From assembly GCA_010015805.1 (NCBI GenBank), contig ML978127.1, forward strand, positions 1,178,001-1,242,000: 64,000 nt of DNA, written 5' to 3'. This DNA is from Rhizodiscina lignyota. Its lineage: Eukaryota. The notes under the pieces are model-generated. The model was not told where the DNA came from and searched no databases. It saw only the letters and a program-made list of their open reading frames with translations. Positions 13,392 to 24,608 of this stretch are shown here, piece by piece. The first letter of the stretch is position 1; each line of letters opens with the position of its first letter. Position numbers and translations under genes: made by a program.

Positions 13392-16300
13392 AGAGATGTG
13401 CAAACGCACGGCAGCGAACGCGAGGCTGCCGCAGACTCCTTCAATGATGTGGGAAGGGATGACGCTGAAACAGCTTGAGCAAGAGTACAGAGCGAGAGAG
13501 GTGATTGAAGCGAAGTTTCGTGCGAACGAGGCGAGGATTGCTGAACTACAGAGGGAGATTGACGCTGAGGGTACGGAATAGCGTTTCGTACTCATTCCAG
13601 CTGTGCAATGCTCTTTGCTAATGTTCCTCTTCATCGTTTGCAGAGGCCGCACTGGAATCCATACCGTCGGAGGCTAGTTGTTCAAGTCCCAGCGATGACG
13701 GGGTGGAAGAAAGTCAATCTCTGGGCTACACGACGCTCGATTGGAGCGTGTAGCTGTCTGCGAGATGACTTTGGATGGGAGCTTTTTGATTTTTGGTTAC
13801 ATGGAAAAACTTGAAAACTCACAAAAATACATGTTATACGGCAGTCGTCCGTAGCCACTCTTTTAGCTTAGAAAGAAATAACCACAGTCTTTACCGAAAT
13901 ACACGCCCTGATGATGTGCACATGGTTTACGAGTGATACCCACAACTCGAGAGTGACGGATAAGCTGTGGGGGCGAGCACAAGAAATGAAATTGAATATC
14001 CTCTTGGAGTCAACAACTGCCTGTGGATGCCGGACCAGGGCAGTTCTTAAGAGACATTGTCCAGGGCATATCAAACCAAGCTATCCTTGTCTCGAAGTGT
14101 AAGACTGACTTCTTGCGAACTGCTATCTACCTACGTGTTCATCTATCTATACATGTACACACGCGAGGCCACTCATCAGCGTAAGATCTCGATCGTCGGA
14201 AATCGCCCCCCTCATGGCAGTCCGGACCCCCATTGGCCCTCGCGCAGGGAATAAGGGAAAGCAGGAGGGCGAGCGCTACGAGACATCGTGGGGGAGAGTG
14301 AGGTTGAATCTAAGCTTCCCGTTGGCGCGGAAGGTGGAGCACTCTTTTTCAGTGGAGACGGCCGCTTGCTTGTCTCGTTCGACGCGAGATTGATGACACG
14401 CATTCCCGAGACCGAACATGGAGTAGCAGGCTCGGCAAATAGAAGGGGAAAATTTTTGTGAAAAGTACGGATTATTGAGTTCGCGAAAAAAAAAAAACTA
14501 ACTAACCGAGGACGCTATGGACATTGCGCGAGCTGCTGACCAACGGTCGGCATCGCGAGATCTACCTACTTGCCTTGCGGCGCGTCGATGTTGTGGGCGC
14601 GCTGCACAGTATTTGAGATGTCGGTAGCCGCGTGATAACGTAGTCTACGGTCCCGCACAGCGGAAGGATGCACAAATTCCGGGGGAAGGTTCTGTAATCG
14701 CGAGGTGCCAAAAGCCCCGACGGATAATGGGTCATCATGGGATGGGAGGCAGGTCAAGGAGAGGAAAGGCATCTGGATTGTCGCTTAAAGAACACGAAGA
14801 TGGAACCAATTCACTAGAACTACCTCGTGATGCGAAGTCACAATAAAGCTCTCCGCCAGATCTGCACCCACCAGGCCTAGGCCTGAAGCACTGCAAGCCA
14901 AAGACTCCAGGATCGCGCGGTCTGGCTTGACGCCGCTTCCGCAGCGCTACAGGAAAGGGAGGCGCCGGCCGTTCTGCCTCCTTTGGCCCCCCTTCTGCCC
15001 AGCCAAAGGGAGCAATTTCCTGAAATGAAAGCACTTCCGAGGAGCACATTCGACATGATGGAAGACGCATCAGAGGATTGCAGTATTCGTCGAGGGAAAA
15101 AGGGCCGGTTAGCGATGCTTGTCCCTCTTCCAACTGCCTGTCTGGGACTTTTTTTTTGGTCTCGACGGCCCATATACCCCCTATGCTCGTCCGGTAATTG
15201 GGATTGGGGATGCCGCAGCTTTTCTTGGACAAGGGCCCTGTGGTTTCCCGAGGCTCTGGCCCGAGACTCTCTTTCGACGCGTGCTGGTAGCGGAGCAGAT
15301 ATCTCCGACCGCTCGGTTTCGCTCTGCTGGCACCGGCGGAAAGGTGAAAGCCAAAAATTGAAAAGCATGGCCGTGGTCGTCTGGCTATTCATAGAAGCGG
15401 CTTTCTTCAAAATCGGTTGGTTCCGATATTGACAGATTTGCTTTGCAAGCACTGAAGTTGATGCTTTTCCGGCCGTCTGCCTCAGCAAAAAATGACGGCA
15501 GCGGAAATTACCAAGACGGGGTTATTTTCGTTTCTGAGCTGCTATTATTTCCTCAGGAGCATTTCCGTGGAAAGAATCCTTCGAGAGATGAGTGGTGAGG
15601 TGCGCAACCACAAAGGTTGAGTTTGAGCCCTTCCTCGTCCACCGACTCGCTTGACGCAAGAAGGGGCGCCTAATGCACAAGGCCAGTCAAGCAACAAGCG
15701 GCATCCTTGCGTCATCCACTGAGAGGGCTTGACCAACGCGTGCCAAGCGTGCGCCCACAGCTCGAAATGGATGGACGGGCTGAAGAACGGCTGGACGGCG
15801 CACGGTGCGGTTGGCGGATGCTGCAGGCAGCAACCAAGGCGGCGCAGAAAGCCTTCAAGCCGCACCCGTCCGTGGGCCGTGCGAGGAAGAGTGCCTTGCG
15901 GGCGCTTTGGGCTGCATGTTCGGCGTGCACAAGCGTGCAGGGCAGACGGCCCTCCGCTGTGGAGTTTGGGAAAGGCTTGACGGATGCATGACCCTTTGCT
16001 CATTTCGCGCCTCTGTATGGCGCGGGGGGAGGCATTGGGACGCAAGCAGGAAGATTAAACGCGAGTGACGATCGATTGCTATTTAGAGAAGAGAAACATT
16101 TGGAAGGGCCTCTTGCGGAGGGAAAGCGTGCAAGCATAGCGGTGACTGTTAATGTTTGATCGTCCAATGGCGCGCCCGCGAGCACGACACCTTTTTCATG
16201 AGATGCGAAAGGCGCGATGGCCGATTGGAGTGGCTGTCGAGTGGACTCAGGTCAAGGGGGGCGGTCGCGTGGCAGCCAAAGATGGCGGAGAAAAAGAGAA

Positions 16301-19300
16301 GAGATCATGGTTGATGCTCTGAGACTGTTCAGCCTCTGACAAGTGAGAGTTGCGCGCTTCCTGGGATGACCCGGTTTGGCGTTTAGCCAGTCTCGCAACG
16401 AAATCTCAGACAGCAGCGCACACGCGCCGACGGACGCCTCTCCCGGCTGTTCGGGTCTGATGAGAGAACGGGTGTGGTGATCATGATTTTCCACGATCGA
16501 CGACAGCGCAAGCAGGTCAGCGAGCAAGAGATGATGGGAAATCAAGGGCGAGAAGGAGGATTTGCTGGTGAGACCTAGCCCGCATTCATGTCATCTTCTC
16601 GACCGTCATGCGCAACGCTGCGATGAGAATTGTTTCGAGCCTAGCGCCGTGTCGCGACTCAGATGCCTATCTCAGTCTCGTACGAAGTCGAGGAGGTGCA
16701 GCAGAGCGTGGAGTCTTGCACATCGCTATCTGGCGGGGAGGTGAGCATAACGAGGGGGGTCGAGTTACGGGACGGGACAGGGAGAGTTCAGCTTCGTGTC
16801 ACCTGAGGCCGTGAAGCTCGAGGCTGCACTCGACCGCCAGATATACAGATCAGACGGACGCGTTGGAGAAGTCGGTATGCCGCTGACTGAGCCCAGGAAC
16901 GCGTGATGGCTCAGCAGCAGTCGAGGATGAGTTGAGGTTAGCAGTCTTGGCAGGCAACGTTCGCCCAAGTTGGAGCGCAAAGCTCGGGTCTGCCAGTCGC
17001 TGGAGCGCTTCGCTAACTCGCCGCGCCCATTGGCCGCAGCGCACCAGGATGCGCACCCCGGCCGGCGCGGTTACACTTTGACCGGTTGGAGTGATAGCGT
17101 ACCGGTGTGCTCGAGGCCCAGGAGAAGCAGCAGCGACATCCACGGTGCGCGGCAGCGATGGCGAGGGACGGCGAGGCAGCGAGCGGAGGGTCTCATATAT
17201 ACGTGCACGTCTACAGGTGCCACATCGACAGCGCTGGCGGGGCAGCAGGGCAGTGGCATCGGCGTGTGGCAGACACAAGCCTCCCGGTGGTGTGCATGCT
17301 CGCCTCGGCCTGGGCCGGGAGAGGAAAGGGAGATCGGACAAGCCTTTGTAGGCGCGGGTGCACGTCCCAGTCCAGTCTCACGGGCTCGCGGTGGGTGGGC
17401 GCTGGACAGCGTGCGGTGCGTGGGTGCCAGGGCAGGCGGCGTCGGCAGATCAGCGTCTCCAATCTGCTGGCGCGCACCACGAGAGGTGTCGGCAGAGCCG
17501 CATCCACCGAGCCCACGGCGCGCAATTGCAGCCTTGCCGCACGTCAGAAGCACGACCAGATCACGGATGAGCACATGGCGCTCACGATCGCCCTCGCGAC
17601 CACACGGCGGAGGCTCGCGCTGGCAGCCTTCCGCGGCTCGACGCCGGACGGACTCGCCGACAGAGCATCGCACATCACGCGCGACGAAGGGCCGGTCCCC
17701 TGAGCGTGTGTTGCAAACGAGAGCAGCAGACAGACGTCTGGCAGTCGCGTGTGGGGTTCGCGTAGTCCTTCATAGTATCACCGGCCTGAAGCGGTTACAA
17801 GTCCTGCCCGTCCAGGCCGACAACGTCGAACCCTGGCCGGCTGGCCCAATTGAAACATCGGGCACGGCAAGATTGAGACAGTCTCGAGCAGCTCCGCAAC
17901 GGGCAATAATGGCTCGTATTGCAGAGCGAAATTGGCGTGGGAGCCGGAAGGAGGCAGGGGCCCAAAATAGCTCCGCCGGCCACGCTTCTGGCGACGACCT
18001 CCCACAGCACCACACTCGCTTCCGCCGCGCTGAATTCGCCAGCGTCGCGCGGCAAGACAAGGCGCGCCAGAGAGCACGCTGCTGCATGTGACGAGCACTT
18101 ATCGTTTTCTTGCGCGTGATTCATTCGCGCGATGGGGGCATCAAATCTGCAATGCGTTTCAGGGGAAGCCAGGGCCAGCGCTGCACACCCGATCGGATAC
18201 ACGCCTGGTCGTGAGTGTGCAGCAGTGCTGTGCCCTTCTGCCTGCTCCCATTGCCTCGTTCTGCCCACCCTGCTGCCATCGTCGTCGATGCCTGTCGCGG
18301 CAGTGATTACAATGTCGACACGGTCTCAGGAACGCGTCTGAAGACGGCAGCCGCTAGTGGGCAGCGAGAGGGTCAGTGAGAGGCCAGTTAAGATCGGGCC
18401 CGCTATATCTGAGCCCCTATTGTCGGCCTCAGGCGAGCATCGCAATTATTTCCGCATGGTGGGCGGTAGCATGGCAGCGACCTGTCGACGGCGCGCATCG
18501 AGGGGCACGCGCTGCCCACGGGCGATTGGCGGGGTTGGAGCGTCCGGCGCGACAGTCTACCGCGCCCCTCGTCACTGCCGTTGCTTGTCTCAGATGACTT
18601 GCGGGCTCTGGACCATCGTTCGCACCGCTAGCTGCTCGACGTATCGCCGCCAATCCCAGAGGCGCGAGCGGCCGTCTTTGACGCCATGCTATGCCCTTTG
18701 AGGAGCATCGAGCTCGCTTTGATGCCCGAAGGAATCGAAAAACAAACGTGTCGCGGGGCATGTGTGATTGCGCGCATGCAGCGAGTCCACCAGCCCTTTG
18801 AGCGCGCACGACGCTCGCCCTCATTTCCAGCAGATGCCATGTCGTGGCGACAACGCGATCTCGCCGTCGCGCTGCACTCAATGGGAGAGGGATAGATCGC
18901 GCCACAACGGCGTGCTGCCGGGCGTCGCATGGCAGGCAGGCCGGCGGGCGTGGTGGTGACGGTGCCGAATCGCACCAGCTCTGCAGCGAGCCCCCAAAGA
19001 CGCTCACCACCACTGCTAGCAGAGGTGAGCGGGAGGGCTAACCGCTGCAGCCAGCTCCGCTATGCTGCATTCCGTATGGCACGCCTGCATTGCCCAAGCT
19101 GGGTCCGGGATTCGCAGGCTGAGGACCGGGATCAGCGCAGCAGAGCGCTCCCCGGAATCCAGGTCTCGACGGCACTGACCAAAGAGCTATCCCTGCAGCG
19201 ACTGGCCGTCGTCGAGCTTAGTTCGTGCCCCGACTCGGGCACAAGGTGCACGATTGTACGTGCGAGGCACTGTATGTGCAGCGTGCGTGTGATGTCGCGA

Positions 19301-20720
19301 CTGTCGAGCCTGATCCTCTGCCTGTGCTGGAGGCATGCCTACGGTAGCGAGCGAGCGAGCCAGCCGCGACAGAGTTCGATAGCATCGTCCTGCTGCTGCT
19401 GTAGCTGCTCCTCACACGCCAACAACCACGCCGCAACTGCGCGTTGCAGCGCGACACGATTGGCCGTCAAGCGCCAGCTGCGCTGTCCGTCACTCGAGGA
19501 GAATATCGGCTTGGCGTTTGGGAGCTTTTATTTCCTTAACCCTCCCGTCCGATCCAGATCAGAGTGGGAGCTCGGACGCAAGCCTATTTTGCTCCCCTGA
19601 AGCCGTCCCCCAGCCAGTAGTAAGCCACTCCCTCCCTACACCCAACAGCAGCCTGCCTGCCATACATAAACCAGGGACTCCACTCGTTGACGCCGAACAA
19701 AGGACTCCGCCATCCGCTTCCCCAAAGGACGCCAGGCACGCAAGCTTAAACAAAGGATCGTCAAGCGCGCCGCCTGCAAGCCTCGACCTGATATCCGCAC
19801 GCCTTTGACCTTTCCACTCCTCCATCCTCCACCACGCCTGCTGTCCTTACCTTCCTGGCCTCGCCCACGCATCTCGCGACGCACTGGGCCCTCCCGATTG
19901 TGCTAATTGAGCTGGACGACTCCAAGCATAGCACTTCAGTCACTCCTTTCGGCTCGTTGCTGTGCTCCCATCGATACGATCCCTCGCCTCCACGCTCCAG
20001 GGTTTCTCGCTACCAGACAATCAATTCCAATCCCGACCTACGGACGACTTTGTACCACCTTGGCCGTCGCACCGCATTCGCGCAACCGAGAACTTGGACT
20101 CCATCAAGCATCCAGCTTCCCAATCTCGAGTCTTCTGTGCGACCATTCTCCTCTGGCGCTCATTGTACGCCCTCTCCATTACTGTTCTCGCCTGAGTTCG
20201 CGTGCAATCATTGAACAATCACTGAGACCTTTCTAGAAGCCTTTCGACTAGACCTGCAGCACATTGTGTCATTGTTCGACCAAGTGCTAGCGAAATCGTT
20301 GACCTCTACCTCTTCTAATCGTCCGGCATCTTGCACATTTCTTGTAGCGAAGCTGTCTGCAATACTCTTTACTGTTCAGCTGCCGTACATATAATTTGAG
20401 GGCGAAGCATTGCCAACGTTCCGACCACTTTCATCCAGCCGAGTACAACTTGTACGCGAAATTCAACGGAGCTCGTTTGAGCCTCGTCGACCGTCTTTCC
20501 CATCTCGGCCGGAAGCCATCACCATTCAAAGTTGCCCTTCCTGGATTCATCACAGATTCACCGAGGGCATTACTGGCCTTCTAGTGTCCAAGGTAGTTCC
20601 CTCACAGCTCACCAGCTCGCGGGCCTGCCTTCACCACCATCGTCTGAAAGTAGCGGCCATTCTGGCATCCTGAAGGAAGACACCGCAAACGTGGCTGCCG
20701 CAGTAGCTCATCCGACCCAT

Positions 20721-22082
20721 ATGCATCCTGGGCCGGATCATTCAATGGGTGCACCAAGTGGGTTTGCGGCGCGTAGGCCGAACGCATCAAGTCTGCCCAA
20801 TTTTGAGCTTCCGCCTCCTCCACTATCTGGGCAGCAAAAGTATCACTACTCGACCACCCAATCGTCCTCTGCGCAGGGACATCCGGCGAGTGTTGGCAAT
20901 CTACTAACACCACCGAGTAACATGCCTGGAGACGGCTTGTCACCAGTCTCAGGAGCTCCGTCCAACGCGCCACACACAACACAGGGTGTTCAGCAACAGT
21001 ACACGCCCAACGGATACGTTTGGTCACCACATCATCAAACCGCCACCTACGGCTTCCACTCGGCAGGCCCAACCCAGCAAAATTTTCAGCAGCAACAACG
21101 ACAGGGTTCGTTCATAACACCAGCGCCACGATTTCAAGGCAACACAATTCCTAACTTAGAAATAGGACCTCCACCTCCGCCTTACGAGCAGAATCTCCCA
21201 CCATTCCCCGGATCTTCAGCACCAATGAGCGCACCTGCAACTCTCCCCACGATGCCCTCACATCAGCATCACGGCATGCATATGACGGCTTCCACGCCTG
21301 TCTCATCTGCACCGCCACACCCATCTCCGGTGCACGCACAAGAAGGCTTCCGCCCGCCACCAACACCAACGTATTATTCGCAAGCTTCATCGACTCCTCA
21401 GCAGCCCGCGTTTCCTTATTCGAGCGGTCCTTCGCCTACTCAGCAGTCACCTATGAGCGCTGGCGCGATGCCACGAATGTCCCCTTCGACCGCCGGACCT
21501 GTTCCTTCCATGCCTGCAACCTCGCCACACGCCTATCAGCGACCCTTTGGTCAATATCCGCTCCCTGGCCCAGTGTTGTCGAATGTCCAGAATCCGAATG
21601 GCCAGATGCAGCTCGTGAACGGACCACTCTCCCACGGAATGCCACTTGGCTTCAACAGTGGACACGCTGCGAACCTGCAGCAGATGTACCACGGTGCTCA
21701 ACACTCGCATCCACAGCAGCAGCAACCACCAAATGATCGACCGTTCAAGTGTGATCAGTGTCCTCAGAGCTTCAACCGCAACCATGACTTGAAGCGGCAT
21801 AAGAGGATTCATTTGGCCGTCAAGCCATTCCCTTGTGGCCATTGCGACAAGAGCTTCTCGAGGAAGGATGCGCTCAAGGTTAGTTACGCAATTTCAGGAA
21901 TTATTTTAACCTCACTAACCCAATCACAGAGGCATATCCTGGTTAAGGGCTGTGGCAAGGCGGCAGCACAGGCAGCCGCAAATGATGGAGACAAACAGGA
22001 CAGCTCTGTTTCTCCAGACGAAAAGAATATGACCGTACATAATGAGAACGTGGACCAGAAACCAGTTGTCGCCGCCCACTGA
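20721..22082 (+). CDS. C2H2 zinc-finger transcription factor (two fingers; intron 21879-21929)
   Basis: PFKCDQCPQSFNRNHDLKRHKRIHLAVKPFPCGHCDKSFSRKDALK|RHILVKGC after removing a 51-nt GTTAGT..CTAAC..CAG intron. The N-terminus is P/Q/S-rich. The first AUG is 20721, but the frame is open from 20481. Confidence 0.9.
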   Translation: MHPGPDHSMGAPSGFAARRPNASSLPNFELPPPPLSGQQKYHYSTTQSSSAQGHPASVGNLLTPPSNMPGDGLSPVSGAPSNAPHTTQGVQQQYTPNGYVWSPHHQTATYGFHSAGPTQQNFQQQQRQGSFITPAPRFQGNTIPNLEIGPPPPPYEQNLPPFPGSSAPMSAPATLPTMPSHQHHGMHMTASTPVSSAPPHPSPVHAQEGFRPPPTPTYYSQASSTPQQPAFPYSSGPSPTQQSPMSAGAMPRMSPSTAGPVPSMPATSPHAYQRPFGQYPLPGPVLSNVQNPNGQMQLVNGPLSHGMPLGFNSGHAANLQQMYHGAQHSHPQQQQPPNDRPFKCDQCPQSFNRNHDLKRHKRIHLAVKPFPCGHCDKSFSRKDALKVSYAISGIILTSLTQSQRHILVKGCGKAAAQAAANDGDKQDSSVSPDEKNMTVHNENVDQKPVVAAH

Positions 22083-24608
22083 GCATGATATCACATGTTC
22101 TCGCTTGCGAACTCATACGACCCTTTTATTCGACCTGTATTTGTACGTTCGATCGTTCCCGATTCGGGCGCATTCGCTTTCACATACCGCGGGCTTCTCA
22201 CTTTCGGAATACCAAAAAACGGGACTCATCGAAGGGATAATGGATTTTTTTTAATGCCGCTCGGAATACGTACTTGGAAGGACTTTACATGGGAAATCAG
22301 GAGTTTCTGGGTGCCTCGGTCCTTCTGTGGACGAGATGAGCGTTTCTAGCTCGGTTGCCTCTTTCGACTCTCGATTTCTACTCTCTGTACTCGATTTTGT
22401 CCTTTGCTGTTTTCACGCGGATACCTCTTACAGTTTTGCTGCTCGGGATGGCTCTTCGTAGCCGGGGAACATGGGATTGCTTTTCCTTTGCACTCTAGGC
22501 CTCATTTTCTGACGGCCTTTGCTGTTGTCTGCTTGTAACTGCACTGCGTAACTTCTCTGTGCATGGCATTGCCTTCTTTTCCTGCAGGCATATTTCCAGA
22601 GCTGCGGACGGCTCATGAACGTGGTGGGATTAACGCCTCGGCGGCGGCAAATGTTTATACCACTTTCCTATATTCTGCGCAGAGCAGCCTGCGAGATCAA
22701 AAGTCGATATTGCAAAGATGAAGGGCTCTTCTTCGCCTTGCCTTCGTGTCAATAATTTCGTGTCGATGATGACTACGCCGTACATGATTCAAGCTCCGTG
22801 ACAAACGGTATATCCGACGCGAATTATCCTCACTCCAAAGCCATGTCCACGATCTGGCCAGACGCCCTCGAGCCCCAGGATTCAGGAAACTTGACTCCCT
22901 AACCCTACATGTTTACATATCATCTAGGGCTCCGGTATCAAACTGCCTTGAGGCCTGCCAGATTCACCTTCTCTGACGCAGTCTAACCACTCGTCCTGCA
23001 GTGGCGCTAGCAATCCTCTATTGCTGCACGAGCCCCACAAGGCACGCCTGAGTCGCGCGTCAACTTGCTCGCTGGCCTCGTTCCTGGCATGGCCCCTGGC
23101 GCAGGTGGGCGAGTCGGGACCCACTTGCCCAGATCTGCCCCCTCGGTGATCCGCTCGAGCAACGGGATCGTCGACAAGGCAAAGCGGTCCGCGTCTCCCT
23201 CTCACGTCAGACTGCCGCACGTTTTTGCTTCTCCATGGCCTTGCTGCCCTTCCAGCCCTTTCTGTCGTTTGAATAGCCGCGGCGGCGCACGCACGTCAGT
23301 AGGATTCAGCCTGCGAAGGGCGCTTCCATATTTCCGGCCTTGGCGGCGGTGATTTTTCTCTGACGATGGCGATTGCGAGGTGCAGGCTGCGCGGCGAAAA
23401 GGAGGTGCGCTTGTTCCGACGGCATTTCAGACTTCATGGGATTTCTCGGCGCGCCGTTGTGCAGTTTAAAGGACCAACATCTGCTGGAAGGATACATATA
23501 GCCGCGTGTCTTTGGTTCTGCGGTGATGCAGATGCTACCGACTTCTGGGTGCACGAATACAGTCGACATCGAATATGTGACGACCAGGACGCTCCCGGGC
23601 GTCAATGACGCAGCTAAGAGAATAGAGAGTGCAGTGCTCGACTTGGGCAAGTTGTCAAGGCTGGAAACTGATTTCTTCGTACGAGTACACGGTATGCTTT
23701 AGTATCCATAGATTGGTGGAGAGGTAGGCTTTCATAATATCCGCATCGTCGCTGCGATGACGTTGTTCGACATCAAGAACGCGTCGTCCCATCTCAAGAT
23801 CTTAACACGGGCGGGGAACACCAGAAATTCAGTATGAGGCCTGCGAGCACTTAGGTGAAGAGTAGAGATCCTTTCATAGCATTGCAGAGTCCAGGGTGGC
23901 CGCGTGCTTTCCATTCCTGAACGAGCATTCCTCGCTTCATTATGAAGATGTTGGATTGTTGACGTGCACAACAAACAAAACTAGCTCTCCGCCCACTCAC
24001 ATCGACCTCCTTTGTTTCAAGACCGGGCACACTTTCTTTGTCTCTACGACTGGGCATCCAATTCACTGCAGCGTGCAGTTGGTGCAGATCATTCGTTACT
24101 CTTCACTTCACGATAGCGTCATTTGCACTTTGCGTGCTCCTGCCCCCTCGTTTACCTTACGTGCTGTGCCAGACACGTCCACAACGCGATCGACTGCTTC
24201 CACAGCAACAACACTCTCATTTGCTCCTGACCGCCTTTGCAGACCGCGACACCATCTTTTCACCACATCCATAGACGTCGTATCTGCAGTCATTCTTTTG
24301 GCATCCGCTCAATTGAATCGCCTTCGCTATCCGGCTTCACCTCGCCGCCCACGCCTATTTACCACTCCCACCACCATGATCGGCTTTCCTTGGTCATGAC
24401 AACAGAAATTGCGGGGTAAATCTTAGGAGCTGCGAAAGGCCTCGAAAACTGCAATACCCTCGACCCATCGCTTTGGGCTTCACCCAGCAGCCACATCACT
24501 CACCAATCGACCAAACAGACGGGTACAATTCCTCAATTCACGCGACACTAGCAGTGCACCGCGTTTGACCGCGTCTCCCCGACGCAATTAGGGAAGAGCC
24601 GTGGGACA

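Noticed and set aside
16970..18091. 373-aa + strand ORF and several overlapping 150-200-aa ORFs
   Set aside because: R/A/S/G-rich with no domain, non-ATG start, and long ORFs in several frames at once. This is expected in GC-rich non-coding DNA.
20721..22082. Naming the C2H2 factor flbC or nsdC
   Set aside because: The finger sequences do not match what I recall for those proteins, so no symbol is assigned.
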